Positions 1-10,120 of a stretch of DNA of 64,000 nt are shown piece after piece (position 1 is the first letter of the stretch; each line of letters opens with the position of its first letter). The stretch spans positions 1,190 through 65,189 of the forward strand of contig SUWN01000005.1 in the NCBI GenBank assembly GCA_015061465.1. The letters are read 5' to 3'. The position numbers and the translations under genes were made by a program. This stretch comes from Treponema bryantii (GTDB lineage: Bacteria; Spirochaetota; Spirochaetia; Treponematales; Treponemataceae). The notes beneath the pieces are model-generated. The model saw only the letters and a list, made by a program, of their open reading frames with translations. It was not told where the DNA came from and made no database searches.

Positions 1-59
1 GAATTAAGAATTAAGAATTAAGAATTTCTGCTGAATTCTTAATTTGAAAATTGAGAATT
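1..59. repeat. Heptamer tandem repeat (GAATTAA)n with an inverted copy; may continue beyond the window edge
   Basis: gaattaa x3, then gaattt...gaattcttaatt...gagaatt; same family as the repeats at 8431, 19409, 60682 and 61760. Confidence 0.75.
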
Positions 60-111
60 TATTTGATTGAACATCTTATGTTTGTGTGTGCGTGTTGTAT
101 ACCAAAAATTT

Positions 112-143
112 CACTATGTCATTATATGACACAGTGGTATAGT
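112..143 (+). promoter_or_regulatory. Inverted repeat (candidate operator) overlapping an extended -10 of the methyltransferase gene
   Basis: CACTATGTCAT-TAT-ATGACACAGTG (112-136, 10/11 arm match) overlaps TG-G-TATAGT (135-143); SD AAGGAG precedes ATG 167. Confidence 0.5.
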
Positions 144-166
144 AGAATTAGAAAAGGAGATTTTCT

Positions 167-1093
167 ATGAATTCATTAGCAAATAATATTTTTAATTGTT
201 TTAAAACAAAACACAATTTTACATTACAAGAAGCATATTCTCAGTATAAAGAAAAGCCAAAAGAAACTGTTCGTGCAAGAATTTATGATAATTTAGGAAT
301 AAAATTCGAACGAATTGCAAAAGGTTTGTACCGAACAATTCAAAACAATGAATCATGTATTTTATTAGAAGGTGATGGCAGAGATTTATCAATATTAAAA
401 GACAATTCTATTGATTGTATATTAACAGACCACCCTTGGTTAGATACTAAATCAAACAAGGGTGGAGATAGAGCTTTTGCTGAATATGAATGTTTTAAAT
501 ACACTTTAGATGATTTTAAAGAAAAGGCACGTGTATTAAAAGATGGCTGTTTTCTTGTTGAAATTCTTCCTGCGGAAAATGAAAACAATTACAAATATCT
601 ATATGAAATAAAACAATACGCTGAACAGTGTGGTTTATTATATTATTCAAAAGTTACTTGGAAAAAAGGTAACTTTGTAAGTAACACAGGAAGAAAAGCA
701 AAAAATTCACAAGATGTAATGATTTTCTCAAAAGGAAAAGCAAGAAACATGAGATTAGATGTCAAAAAATCTCAAAAACTAGGATATACTTGCTTTATGA
801 GTGGAACATCAAAAATGTTACCAACAGTATTTGATATAGCCCCAGTTCCTAAGAATAAAAAAATTCATCAAAGTGAATTACCATTGACTTTGTGTGAGCA
901 AATTTTAAGTTATGTAACTTATGAAGGAGAAACAGTTTTAGATTCTTTTGCAGGAAGTGGAGTTGTAGGAGAAGCTTCGTTGAATTTAAAACGAAATTGT
1001 ATTTTAATAGAAATAGCAAAAGAAAATATTCAAAAAATAAAAAAACGCTTTTTAGAACGAGCAAATTTTCAAGAAGTTTCTTTATGCATTTAA
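167..1093 (+). CDS. N4-C/N6-A DNA methyltransferase (beta-class motif order) with an N-terminal winged-helix-like extension
   Basis: SIDCILTDHPW (motif IV variant), then VLDSFAGSGVVG (motif I) and ILIEI; AAGGAG SD. Confidence 0.85.
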   Translation: MNSLANNIFNCFKTKHNFTLQEAYSQYKEKPKETVRARIYDNLGIKFERIAKGLYRTIQNNESCILLEGDGRDLSILKDNSIDCILTDHPWLDTKSNKGGDRAFAEYECFKYTLDDFKEKARVLKDGCFLVEILPAENENNYKYLYEIKQYAEQCGLLYYSKVTWKKGNFVSNTGRKAKNSQDVMIFSKGKARNMRLDVKKSQKLGYTCFMSGTSKMLPTVFDIAPVPKNKKIHQSELPLTLCEQILSYVTYEGETVLDSFAGSGVVGEASLNLKRNCILIEIAKENIQKIKKRFLERANFQEVSLCI

Positions 1094-1116
1094 AACTTCT
1101 TTTTTAGGAATTAATT

Positions 1117-1887
1117 ATGAATTTTGAATTTAATACAGAATTAATTTCAAATTACAAAAGTAAATCACAAATTATTCGTGTACTAACAGAAGATTGGGTT
1201 GAAAGGAATTTATATTGTCCAATATGTGGAAAACCTCACATCAATAGATATGAAAACAATCATCCAACAGGCGATTTTTATTGTAATAGCTGTGATTCAG
1301 ATTTTGAACTAAAAAGTAAAGAAAGTTCTTCTGGAAAATTATCAAAAACAATTGTTGATGGTGAATATTCTACAATGATATCAAGAATAACTTCATTGAA
1401 AAATCCAAATTTCTTTTTTATGATGTACAAAAATTTTTCTGTCTATAATTTTATTCTTATTCCTAATCATTTTTTTACTCCAGAAATAATTATAAAACGA
1501 AATCCATTAAGTCCAAATGCTCGTAGAGCCGGTTGGACAGGTTGTAACATTGATATATCTTCAATTCCTGATTCTGGAAAAATTTTCTTAATAAAAAATC
1601 AAGTTCAAATAAAACCAGAGATAGTTATAAATGAATATAAAAAAACAAAAACTTTAAAAACAAACAATCTTGACTCCCGTGGTTGGCTTATGGATGTTCT
1701 TGCTTGTATTGAAAAAATACCCGATAAAAATTTTTCGCTTAATCAAGTATATAGTTTTGAAAATGAATTAAAAATAAAACATCCAACAAATAATTTTATT
1801 AAAGACAAAATTAGACAACAATTACAATATTTGCGAGACAAAGGTTTTATAGAATTTATATCTGCTGGATATTATCGAAAAATATAG
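1117..1887 (+). CDS. DpnI-like / Dam-replacing family restriction endonuclease
   Basis: SQIIRVLTEDW, CPICG...DFYCNSC..ELKSK, DGEYSTM, ARRAGWTGC, and C-terminal winged helix KIRQQLQYLRDKGFIEF...G.YRK. Confidence 0.9.
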   Translation: MNFEFNTELISNYKSKSQIIRVLTEDWVERNLYCPICGKPHINRYENNHPTGDFYCNSCDSDFELKSKESSSGKLSKTIVDGEYSTMISRITSLKNPNFFFMMYKNFSVYNFILIPNHFFTPEIIIKRNPLSPNARRAGWTGCNIDISSIPDSGKIFLIKNQVQIKPEIVINEYKKTKTLKTNNLDSRGWLMDVLACIEKIPDKNFSLNQVYSFENELKIKHPTNNFIKDKIRQQLQYLRDKGFIEFISAGYYRKI

Positions 1888-1914
1888 TTTCTCCAAGTTT
1901 TTTTCCTTCTTCCT

Positions 1915-1975
1915 TCTAAGAAGTGAGCGATGTTATTCGCAGCGCAGCTTCTAGCAGTTGCGAACAAATCTTAGA
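1915..1975. other. GC-rich nested hairpin downstream of the DpnI-like gene (REP-like element or terminator)
   Basis: tctaaga/tcttaga outer arms; ttcgcagc/gttgcgaa inner arms. Confidence 0.4.
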
Positions 1976-2022
1976 GGCAACTTTTTCTTGTAATTTTATT
2001 TTCCTCTTGTATACCGAAACTC

Positions 2023-2277
2023 ATGATAGAAGAAAAAAATCCGTTGCATAAAGAATTTGGGCTTTTTAGCAATTTTAGCTACGTTTTTAAAGCAATGAAA
2101 AAATATTCCAAGATTTTGGTTTGTATGTTGCCGCTTGGATTTTTAATTTTTCCTACTCAAAGGTATTTGTGGTCTTTTATTACAAAATTTGTTATGGATA
2201 TTGTAACTACAGGCAAAGGAATTAAGGAACTTCTTTTTATTGTTGCTGAATTTCAATTTTTTTTAAAGAAAATATAA
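2023..2277 (+). pseudogene. Probable truncated N-terminal fragment of an ABC exporter (permease/ATPase fusion)
   Basis: 84 aa with one hydrophobic helix, resembling ABC exporter N-termini (FSNFSYVFKAMKKYSK...ITKFVMDIV); ends abruptly in a T-rich tail; no ATPase follows. Confidence 0.45.
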
Positions 2278-2291
2278 TTTTCTGCCGATAA
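2264..2291 (+). promoter_or_regulatory. Candidate sigma-28 (FliA) promoter
   Basis: TAAA-N16-GCCGATAA, 17 nt upstream of ATG 2309 with GGAG SD. Confidence 0.5.
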
Positions 2292-2308
2292 TTTAAGCGG
2301 AGTTTTAT

Positions 2309-3178
2309 ATGAAAAATAGATTTTGTAACAATTTGATTTTATTTTTGGCAGTGAGTTTTTTCTTTTGTTTTTCTAGTTGTAATTTAGAGGTAGAATCTCC
2401 TCTAGAAAAAAGTCTTGATATTGAAGAATCACAAAAAGGATTTACAATCGCTCTTACTCCTATCAGTGATTACACAGATTACATAAATATTTTCAGAAAA
2501 GATTCAAGCGGAAAAATAGTAAATATTGGGCTTGTTTATCCTGAAGCAGAGTTGGTAAACAACGTTTATGTTTTTGAAGATACATATCTTTTAAAAGGTG
2601 AAAAATATTCTTATCAGGCTCGTTACCACACAACAAAAGGTGAATATAAAAAATCAGCGTGGTCAACAGAATTAGAAGCAAAAAACGGAATCGAAACAGA
2701 AGCGTTAAATCCATTTAATTATGGTTTAGAAAATACAAAAATTATCTACGATAAAATTTACAATACTTTGACATTAAAGGGCGATTGGACTTTACCTCAG
2801 AATCTTTCAGATTTTGATAATTTTGACACAGCATTAGTTTTAAGCATTCCAAGCCAAAAAATCACTCAAGCAATTCAAATTCAAAAAATCGATAGTTCAA
2901 ATATTTCTGAAATATCAAGTGGAAAAGAAATCAAATTAAAAGACATAATTCCAGAAAGTTTTTATGATGTAAACTTCACTGTTGATGGTTTGATGCTTTT
3001 CAAAAAAGAAACAGTTTCTGCTTCAGAAAATAAATTACGTAAAGTTTATTGTACAGAAATTGCAAGTTTTTTGGATTTCCCAATTTATGATGCAGAAACT
3101 GACACCCAACTTGAAAGTAAAGAATTAAACGTCTCTCTAAAATACGGTGAAGCTGGTTTTGACTGCTCAACTTATTAA
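2309..3178 (+). CDS. Hypothetical lipoprotein
   Basis: Hydrophobic signal ending in a spirochete-type lipobox FSSC; GGAG SD. Confidence 0.7.
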   Translation: MKNRFCNNLILFLAVSFFFCFSSCNLEVESPLEKSLDIEESQKGFTIALTPISDYTDYINIFRKDSSGKIVNIGLVYPEAELVNNVYVFEDTYLLKGEKYSYQARYHTTKGEYKKSAWSTELEAKNGIETEALNPFNYGLENTKIIYDKIYNTLTLKGDWTLPQNLSDFDNFDTALVLSIPSQKITQAIQIQKIDSSNISEISSGKEIKLKDIIPESFYDVNFTVDGLMLFKKETVSASENKLRKVYCTEIASFLDFPIYDAETDTQLESKELNVSLKYGEAGFDCSTY

Positions 3179-3236
3179 GTTTTTAGCTTAAATTTGACAA
3201 TTGAACAAAAACTGGCAAAATGTTAATTTATCCAAT

Positions 3237-4394
3237 ATGAATACTCTTGTTGCTTTATGCGCTGTTGGTGCAGAAAAAATTTTAGGTAATGAAATAAAAT
3301 TCCTTGGTTACAAACTCAAAAGTAACGCTCCCGGAAGAGTTGTTTTTTCTGGTGATGATGATGCGCTTTTTAGAACAAATCTTTGTTTAAGAACTGCCGA
3401 CCGCGTTTATTTACAATTGGCAAATTATTTTGCAGATGATTTTGACTCTCTTTACGATGGAGTTTATAACATTGCTTGGCAGGATTTTCTAAAAAAAGAT
3501 TCCAAAATCGTTGTAGACAAAGTTCGTACTTACAAAAGCAAGTTGAATTCAGAACACAGCGTTCAAAAAATGGTTCACAAAGCTATTTATTCCAAATTGG
3601 GTGATGTTTGGCACATGGCTTCTTTACCAGAAACTGGCGCACAAAGTGATATTCGTGTTTACATTGACCAAAACACAGTTTCTATTTTATTAGATTTATC
3701 GGGACTTCCTTTGCATAAACGTGGTTACAGAACAGACGGAGGAATCGCCCCTTTACGCGAAACTACAGCCGCAGTTCTTTTACAAGAAATGATGTGGAGA
3801 CGAAAAACTCCTCTTCACGACCCATTTTGTGGTTCCGGCACAATCGCTATAGAAGCAACTCTTTATGCATTCAACGTTGCTCCAGGCTTTGGACGTCGCT
3901 TTGGAATAGAAAATCTTCCTATTTATAATGCAGAACGTGCAAAAGAAATTCGTGCTCAAGAAGCTGCAAAAATTCGTGCCGATGTAGAAGTTCGTATCAC
4001 AGGTTCGGACATCGATGCAAAAGCGATTGCTCGCTCTAAGCAACATGCAGAATATGCGTGTGTTATGGCAGGACGTGCATTACAATCAATTGGATTAAGT
4101 GCCCACATTCAGCGCCCAGATTTTATTCAGGCAGACTTTGCTTCTTTGGCTGCACCTTACGAAAAAGGACTTTTGTTATGTAATCCTCCTTATGGCGAAC
4201 GTATTGGTGACGAGGAACAAGCAATGGAATTGTATAAAAATATGGATTCTCTCTGGCAAGATTTTCCAAACTGGGATTTAGGAATTATAACTTCCCACAA
4301 AAAATTCCAAGAATCATTTGGGCATTATGCAACTCAATTAAAAAATTTAAAAGCTGGAAACTTGGATACAGTTTTTCATATATATAAGCGTTAG
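3237..4394 (+). CDS. THUMP-domain RNA methyltransferase (RlmL/YpsC-like)
   Basis: LHKRGYR, APLRETTAA, DPFCGSGTIAIEA, CNPPYGER; ATG 3237 preferred over TTG 3201. Confidence 0.9.
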   Translation: MNTLVALCAVGAEKILGNEIKFLGYKLKSNAPGRVVFSGDDDALFRTNLCLRTADRVYLQLANYFADDFDSLYDGVYNIAWQDFLKKDSKIVVDKVRTYKSKLNSEHSVQKMVHKAIYSKLGDVWHMASLPETGAQSDIRVYIDQNTVSILLDLSGLPLHKRGYRTDGGIAPLRETTAAVLLQEMMWRRKTPLHDPFCGSGTIAIEATLYAFNVAPGFGRRFGIENLPIYNAERAKEIRAQEAAKIRADVEVRITGSDIDAKAIARSKQHAEYACVMAGRALQSIGLSAHIQRPDFIQADFASLAAPYEKGLLLCNPPYGERIGDEEQAMELYKNMDSLWQDFPNWDLGIITSHKKFQESFGHYATQLKNLKAGNLDTVFHIYKR

Positions 4395-4408
4395 TAAAAG
4401 AGGATTTT

Positions 4409-5005
4409 ATGGCTATTGTAGTAGAACATGACAAAAGAAAAGCGGAAATTTTGCAAAAAGCATTAGACGTTTTTGTGGAAGAAGGATACGAAGACGTTAC
4501 TTACCAAAAAATTGCAGACCGGTGTGGAATTACAAGAACAACTTTGTACATCTATTTTAAAAACAAACGTGAAATTTTCTTATGGAGTATCAAACAACTC
4601 ACAGCAAGCATGGAAGAATCCCTAAAAGAAATCATCAACAACACAAAACTTACAGCATTTGATACTTTATGGAATTCAATTTCAAAAATTTTGGACACTT
4701 GCCAAGAAAATCGCAAACTATTCAACGTTCTTTTGACTTATTTGTTGCAACTCAAAAAAGGCGGAGTAAATCCTTCTGAAAGAGTTCGCCGAAGAGTTAT
4801 TCGAATGCGCCACTTGCTCAGCACAATTTTGATTAAAGGAATTCAAAACGGTGAATTCAAAGATCAAAATCTTCACGACATGAACGAAATTTTGTTTGGT
4901 TTGATTGAATCTGCAATTTTCAAAATCACAATTCTTGATGAAGCAAACATTTCTGATTATAAATCTGCAATCAAACTTGCCATCACAGGATTTTTGAAGA
5001 ACTAA
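4409..5005 (+). CDS. TetR/AcrR family transcriptional regulator
   Basis: N-terminal HTH: GYEDVTYQKIADRCGITRTTLYIYFKNKRE. Confidence 0.9.
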   Translation: MAIVVEHDKRKAEILQKALDVFVEEGYEDVTYQKIADRCGITRTTLYIYFKNKREIFLWSIKQLTASMEESLKEIINNTKLTAFDTLWNSISKILDTCQENRKLFNVLLTYLLQLKKGGVNPSERVRRRVIRMRHLLSTILIKGIQNGEFKDQNLHDMNEILFGLIESAIFKITILDEANISDYKSAIKLAITGFLKN

Positions 5006-5050
5006 ACCTTTTTATTTGCCTGCACATTTTTTTTGATGTAAAATATCTGT

Positions 5051-6532
5051 ATGGAAAAATTTATTCTTGCATTAGACCAAGGCACAACTTCATCACGTGC
5101 AGTTATTTTTAATCAGAAAGTTCAAAAAGTTGCTTCGGCACAACGTGAATTTCCACAAATCTACCCAAACGCAGGCTGGGTAGAACATAATCCCGAAGAC
5201 ATTTTTGCAAGCCAATTGTCTGTTTTAAAAGAAGCAGTTCTAAAAGCAAATCTATCTCCCGAACAAATTCAAGCAGTAGGAATTACAAACCAACGTGAAA
5301 CAATCATCATTTGGGACAAAAAAACAGGTAAACCAATTTACAACGCGATTGTTTGGCAATGTAGACGAACTGCAAAAATTGTTGATGAACTTATCCTTAC
5401 TGGAAAAAGCAATCTAATTCAAGAAAAAACAGGGCTAATTCCTGACCCATATTTTAGCGGAACAAAAATCAAATGGATTTTGGATAACGTTCCAGGAGCC
5501 AGAAAACGAGCTGAAAACGGAGAACTTCTTGCTGGAACTGTAGACACTTGGCTCACATGGAAACTTAGTGGCGGAAAAGCTCACGTTACAGATTACACAA
5601 ACGCAAGCCGCACAATGATTTTTAATATTCATACATTGGAATGGGACAAAGAACTTTTACAAATGTTGAACATTCCAGAATGCATTTTACCCCAAGTAAA
5701 AGATTCCTCTTGCATTTATACAACAACCAGCAAAGAAATTTGTGGCTTTGAAGCTCCAATCGCGTCATTAATTGGGGACCAACAAGCAGCACTTTTTGGA
5801 CAAGCGTGTTTTGAAAAAGGTGAAACAAAATGTACTTACGGAACAGGTTGCTTTTTATTGATGAATACAGGCAACGTTCCTTTTAAATCTAAACACAAAC
5901 TTTTAACAACAATCGCGCTAGGCTTAAACGGAAAAATTGAATACGCATTGGAAGGAAGCGTTTTTATTGGAGGCGCTGTAATAAAATGGCTCAGGGATGA
6001 ATTGGGATTGATTTCTTCAGCTTCGGAATGTGACAAACTTGCAGAATCAGTTCCAGATTCAAACGGAGTTACTTTAGTTCCGGCCTTTACAGGATTAGGC
6101 GCACCGTACTGGAATTCCTACGCAAGAGGAACAATCACAGGATTAACTCGTGGAGCAAATAAAGCACACATTTGTCGCGCAGCGTTGGAAGCAATCGCAT
6201 TTCAAGTAAAAGATGAAATTGAATGCATGAAAGAAGATACAGGAATTCCTCTTGCAAACTTAAAAGTTGATGGTGGCGCCAGCGTAAGCAACATAATGAT
6301 GCAATTCCAAGCCGATATTTTGAACACAAGCGTTTATCGTCCACAAAACACAGAAACAACTGTTACAGGTGCAGCTTTTTTGGCAGGATTAGCAACAGGA
6401 TTTTGGACTTCCAAAGATGAAATTAAACAACAATGGCAAATAGATAGAATCTTTACACCAGCGATGGATAAAGAAACGATTTTTACTCGATACGCAGAAT
6501 GGAAATCCGCAGTTGAATGTTCGTACAAGTGA
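5051..6532 (+). CDS. glpK: Glycerol kinase
   Basis: [44 protein letters not shown]. Confidence 0.97.
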   Translation: MEKFILALDQGTTSSRAVIFNQKVQKVASAQREFPQIYPNAGWVEHNPEDIFASQLSVLKEAVLKANLSPEQIQAVGITNQRETIIIWDKKTGKPIYNAIVWQCRRTAKIVDELILTGKSNLIQEKTGLIPDPYFSGTKIKWILDNVPGARKRAENGELLAGTVDTWLTWKLSGGKAHVTDYTNASRTMIFNIHTLEWDKELLQMLNIPECILPQVKDSSCIYTTTSKEICGFEAPIASLIGDQQAALFGQACFEKGETKCTYGTGCFLLMNTGNVPFKSKHKLLTTIALGLNGKIEYALEGSVFIGGAVIKWLRDELGLISSASECDKLAESVPDSNGVTLVPAFTGLGAPYWNSYARGTITGLTRGANKAHICRAALEAIAFQVKDEIECMKEDTGIPLANLKVDGGASVSNIMMQFQADILNTSVYRPQNTETTVTGAAFLAGLATGFWTSKDEIKQQWQIDRIFTPAMDKETIFTRYAEWKSAVECSYK

Positions 6533-6538
6533 TAAAAT

Positions 6539-8329
6539 ATGAAAGAAAATAATTTTCAAAACTCAATTCCATTTTCTGAATATCCGCGCCCACAAATGAA
6601 GCGAGATTCATTTTTTAATTTGAACGGAACCTGGAAATTAAATGGCAAAGAAATTTTAGTTCCTTTTCCGCCAGAATCAAAAGTGAGCAATTTCAACGGA
6701 AAAATTAGTTCAGATTTGGAATATACAAAAGAATTTATTCTTCCCGACGATTTTAGAAATCAACTTTTTCAAAACAATTCTAAAAATCATCTTCTTTTAC
6801 ATTTTGGCGCAGTAGACCAAATTGCAACAATTTTTGTAAACGATGTTTTTGTTGGAACTCATCACGGTGGATATTTGCCATTTTATTTTGATATTACAGA
6901 TTATCTTACAGAAAATTCTGCAAAACAAACAATAAAAGTTATCGCAAAAGACACGTTGAATCATCTTTTTCCGTATGGCAAACAGAAAAAAAATCGTGGC
7001 GGAATGTGGTATACACCAGTTAGCGGAATTTGGCAAACAGTTTGGATGGAAATTGTTCCAGAAATCTATATTTCCAAACTAAAAATCGTTCCAGACACAA
7101 AAGGTTTTGATTTATTTGTAGAAACAACAAATTGCAAACTTGTACAAAAAGATGAAGATTTTAATTTTTGTGTAAAAATTTCTGTAAAATCTAAATCAGG
7201 AAAAATTTACGAATTTGAATCCAGCAAAACAGATTTAAGAATAGATTTACGCAACCAAGAAACAAAAGATGAATTTGAACTTTGGTCACCAGATTGCCCC
7301 GCCCTTTATGATTTTTGTGTAGAATTATTTTTGAGCAAAGAATCAATGAATCAAAAAACAAATCCTCTTGATTGTGTAAGTTCATACTTTGCGTTGCGTG
7401 AAATTCAAATAAAAAAAATCGACGGAATAAATAGAATCTGTTTAAATGACAAACCGATTTTTTTGCACGGAGTTTTAGACCAAGGATATTTCCCAGAAGG
7501 AATTTATTTACCAGAATCATCTGAAGGTTTTATAGCCGATATTTTACGAATGAAGGAACTTGGAATAAACACGTTACGAAAACATATAAAAATTGAACCA
7601 GAAATCTTTTACTACGAATGCGACAAAAACGGAATGCTCGTAATGCAAGATTTTGTAAACAATGGCTCATACAATTTTTTGCGCGATACAGCAATTCCAA
7701 CAATTTTGTGCAAAAAAGGACGCAAAAAACATTTAAAAGATTGCGCACCATCTTCCTTACGACAAAAAATATTTGTGGAACACAGCGAACAAACAGTTGA
7801 ACATTTATTTAATCATCCAAGCATAATTTATTACACAATTTTTAATGAAGGCTGGGGACAATTCAACTCAAATTTCATGTATAAAAAATTTAAAGAATTA
7901 GATTCAAGCCGAATTTGGGACACCGCGTCTGGATGGTTTAAAAATCCACTTTCAGATGTAGAAAGCGACCATATTTATTTTAAAACCCCATCTTTGATAG
8001 AACGTGCCAAAAATTGTGAAAAACCACTCATAATTTCAGAATGTGGCGGCTACACTCTAAAAATAGAAAATCACGTTTGGAATCCAAAAGCAAAATATGG
8101 CTACGGTTCATCAAACAGCAAAAAAGAACTGACTCAAAAGATTGTACAAATGTATAAAAAAATGATAATTCCAGCCATAAAACACGGACTTTCTGGCTGC
8201 GTTTACACACAATTGAGCGATGTAGAAGATGAAATCAACGGATTTTACACATACGACCGCAAAGTCTGCAAAGTAGAAAAAGAAGCGATGCAAGAAATTG
8301 CAGAGGAAATAAAGAGGGAGATGAACTAA
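6539..8329 (+). CDS. Glycoside hydrolase family 2 (beta-galactosidase/glucuronidase-like)
   Basis: YPRPQMKR, LLHFGAVD, SGIWQTVW, LDQGYFPEG, RKHIK, FNEGWGQ (acid/base), ISECGG (nucleophile). Confidence 0.9.
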   Translation: MKENNFQNSIPFSEYPRPQMKRDSFFNLNGTWKLNGKEILVPFPPESKVSNFNGKISSDLEYTKEFILPDDFRNQLFQNNSKNHLLLHFGAVDQIATIFVNDVFVGTHHGGYLPFYFDITDYLTENSAKQTIKVIAKDTLNHLFPYGKQKKNRGGMWYTPVSGIWQTVWMEIVPEIYISKLKIVPDTKGFDLFVETTNCKLVQKDEDFNFCVKISVKSKSGKIYEFESSKTDLRIDLRNQETKDEFELWSPDCPALYDFCVELFLSKESMNQKTNPLDCVSSYFALREIQIKKIDGINRICLNDKPIFLHGVLDQGYFPEGIYLPESSEGFIADILRMKELGINTLRKHIKIEPEIFYYECDKNGMLVMQDFVNNGSYNFLRDTAIPTILCKKGRKKHLKDCAPSSLRQKIFVEHSEQTVEHLFNHPSIIYYTIFNEGWGQFNSNFMYKKFKELDSSRIWDTASGWFKNPLSDVESDHIYFKTPSLIERAKNCEKPLIISECGGYTLKIENHVWNPKAKYGYGSSNSKKELTQKIVQMYKKMIIPAIKHGLSGCVYTQLSDVEDEINGFYTYDRKVCKVEKEAMQEIAEEIKREMN

Positions 8330-8392
8330 CAATTGATTTTTTAATAAGATTTATTTTTGCAAACATTATTTGAATTCTGAAAAAACTAAGTC

Positions 8393-8432
8393 AAAAAAAA
8401 ACAGTAGAGAAATCTTCCTCTACTGTTTTTTT
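8393..8432. terminator. Bidirectional intrinsic terminator between GH2 and gltX
   Basis: A-tract + cagtagag-loop-ctctactg + T-tract between convergent genes. Confidence 0.85.
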
Positions 8433-8460
8433 CTTAATTCTGCATTCTTAATTCTAAATT
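8431..8460. repeat. Degenerate heptamer tandem repeat (AATTCTT/AATTCTG)
   Basis: ttcttaattctgcattcttaattctaaatt. Confidence 0.55.
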
Positions 8461-8462
8461 AT

Positions 8463-10040
8463 CTACAGTGTTGCCAAAGTTTTTTCAATTCTTGCAAGAG
8501 AACGTTCTTTTCCAAGAACAAGAATACTTCCAATTAATGGAGGTGAAACTTTGCTTCCTGTAACAGCCATACGAACTGGCATCATAAAATCACCAAGTTT
8601 AATGCCAAGTTTTTCAGCTTTTTCTTTAGCAAGAGCTTCTGCACCTTCGTGGTCCAAATCAAAGATTTTTGCAACGTAATCTTTTGCTTCTTCCAAAACT
8701 TCTTTTGTTTTTGCTAAATCAATTTTCTTTGGAATAATTTGGTCTGCAGGAGGAACTGCTGGTTCTGTAAACATAAATCTAACCATTTCTGCGGCTTCAG
8801 ACAAGAACTTAAGTCTTTCTTGAATCAATGGCATAAGTCCAAGTAATGTTTTTTCAACATCTTCAGTACTCATGTTCATAGATTTGTCTACACAATATGG
8901 ACGACCATCTTCACCCAAAGCAACACCTGAAAATTCAGGACCAACATTTGGTTTTGGTTGTGGATTTTCTGGATTTACTTCCAAAGCAGCATCTCCAGTT
9001 CCTGTAATAAATGGAAGTGTCCATTTGTAAAGTTCTTCTGCTGAAAGTTGACGAATATAGTTTCCGTTAAAGAATTCAAGTTTTTTGTAATCAAAAACAG
9101 CAGGAGCTTTATTTAAGTGAGCCAAATCAAATGATTTTGCAAGTTCATCTAATGTGTAAAAATCTTTTCCTTCAATATAACTACAACCGAGCAAAGCAAC
9201 GTAGTTTACAATTGCTTGTGGTAAATATCCACGAGCTCTAAATTCATCAACACTCGTTGCTCCGTGTCTTTTTGAAAGTTTTTTACCGTCGCTTCCGTTT
9301 ACCATTGGCAAGTGACAATATTCTGGATGCTCCCAACCAAAAGCTTTGTACATTTGAATATGAAGTGGAGTAGAAGGAATCCATTCTTGTGCACGCATTA
9401 CGTGACTAATTTTCATAAAATGATCATCAACAATATTTGCCAAGTGATATGTAGGGAATCCATCTGTTTTAAGCAAAATAGGATCTGGAGAAATATCTTC
9501 GTTTTTCCAAATAATATCGCCCAACCCGTGATCAGCAAATTTTGTTTCACCTTCCATTGGAACTTTTAGACGAATTACATAAGGTTTACCTGCATCAAGA
9601 TTTGCTTGAACTTCTTCTGGAGTAAGATGACGACAGTTTCTGTCATATCCTGGAGCCATTTTGTTTTCTGTCTGGATTTTTCTAATGCGTTCCAAACGTT
9701 CAGCATCACAGAAACAGTAGTAAGCTTCACCTTTTTCTACAAGTTCCATTGCGTATTTTTTGTATAAATCAAATCTTTCTGATTGAACGTAAGGTCCGTA
9801 TTCACCACCTTTGTCACCGCCTTCGTCCCAATCAATTCCAAGCCATGCCATTGTATCGTAAAGATTTTTTACGTATTTTTCATCAAAACGAGTTCTGTCT
9901 GTATCTTCTAGGCGAAGGATGAATTTTCCACCTTGGGAACGAGCATACAAATAATTAAAAAGTGCGGTTCTAACGCCACCAATGTGCTGCATTCCTGTTG
10001 GAGAAGGTGCATATCTTACACGAACTTCTTTGTCTGCCAT
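8463..10040 (-). CDS. gltX: Glutamate--tRNA ligase
   Basis: RYAPSPTG, HIGG, LRLEDTD, YYCFC, KLSKR; GGAGG SD. Confidence 0.97.
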   Translation of the reverse strand: MADKEVRVRYAPSPTGMQHIGGVRTALFNYLYARSQGGKFILRLEDTDRTRFDEKYVKNLYDTMAWLGIDWDEGGDKGGEYGPYVQSERFDLYKKYAMELVEKGEAYYCFCDAERLERIRKIQTENKMAPGYDRNCRHLTPEEVQANLDAGKPYVIRLKVPMEGETKFADHGLGDIIWKNEDISPDPILLKTDGFPTYHLANIVDDHFMKISHVMRAQEWIPSTPLHIQMYKAFGWEHPEYCHLPMVNGSDGKKLSKRHGATSVDEFRARGYLPQAIVNYVALLGCSYIEGKDFYTLDELAKSFDLAHLNKAPAVFDYKKLEFFNGNYIRQLSAEELYKWTLPFITGTGDAALEVNPENPQPKPNVGPEFSGVALGEDGRPYCVDKSMNMSTEDVEKTLLGLMPLIQERLKFLSEAAEMVRFMFTEPAVPPADQIIPKKIDLAKTKEVLEEAKDYVAKIFDLDHEGAEALAKEKAEKLGIKLGDFMMPVRMAVTGSKVSPPLIGSILVLGKERSLARIEKTLATL

Positions 10041-10120
10041 AAAAGACCTCCATAAATTTTTATTGATTGAATATTATATAAAATATACAACAAATAAACA
10101 ATAAAGCGGAGGAAATTTGT

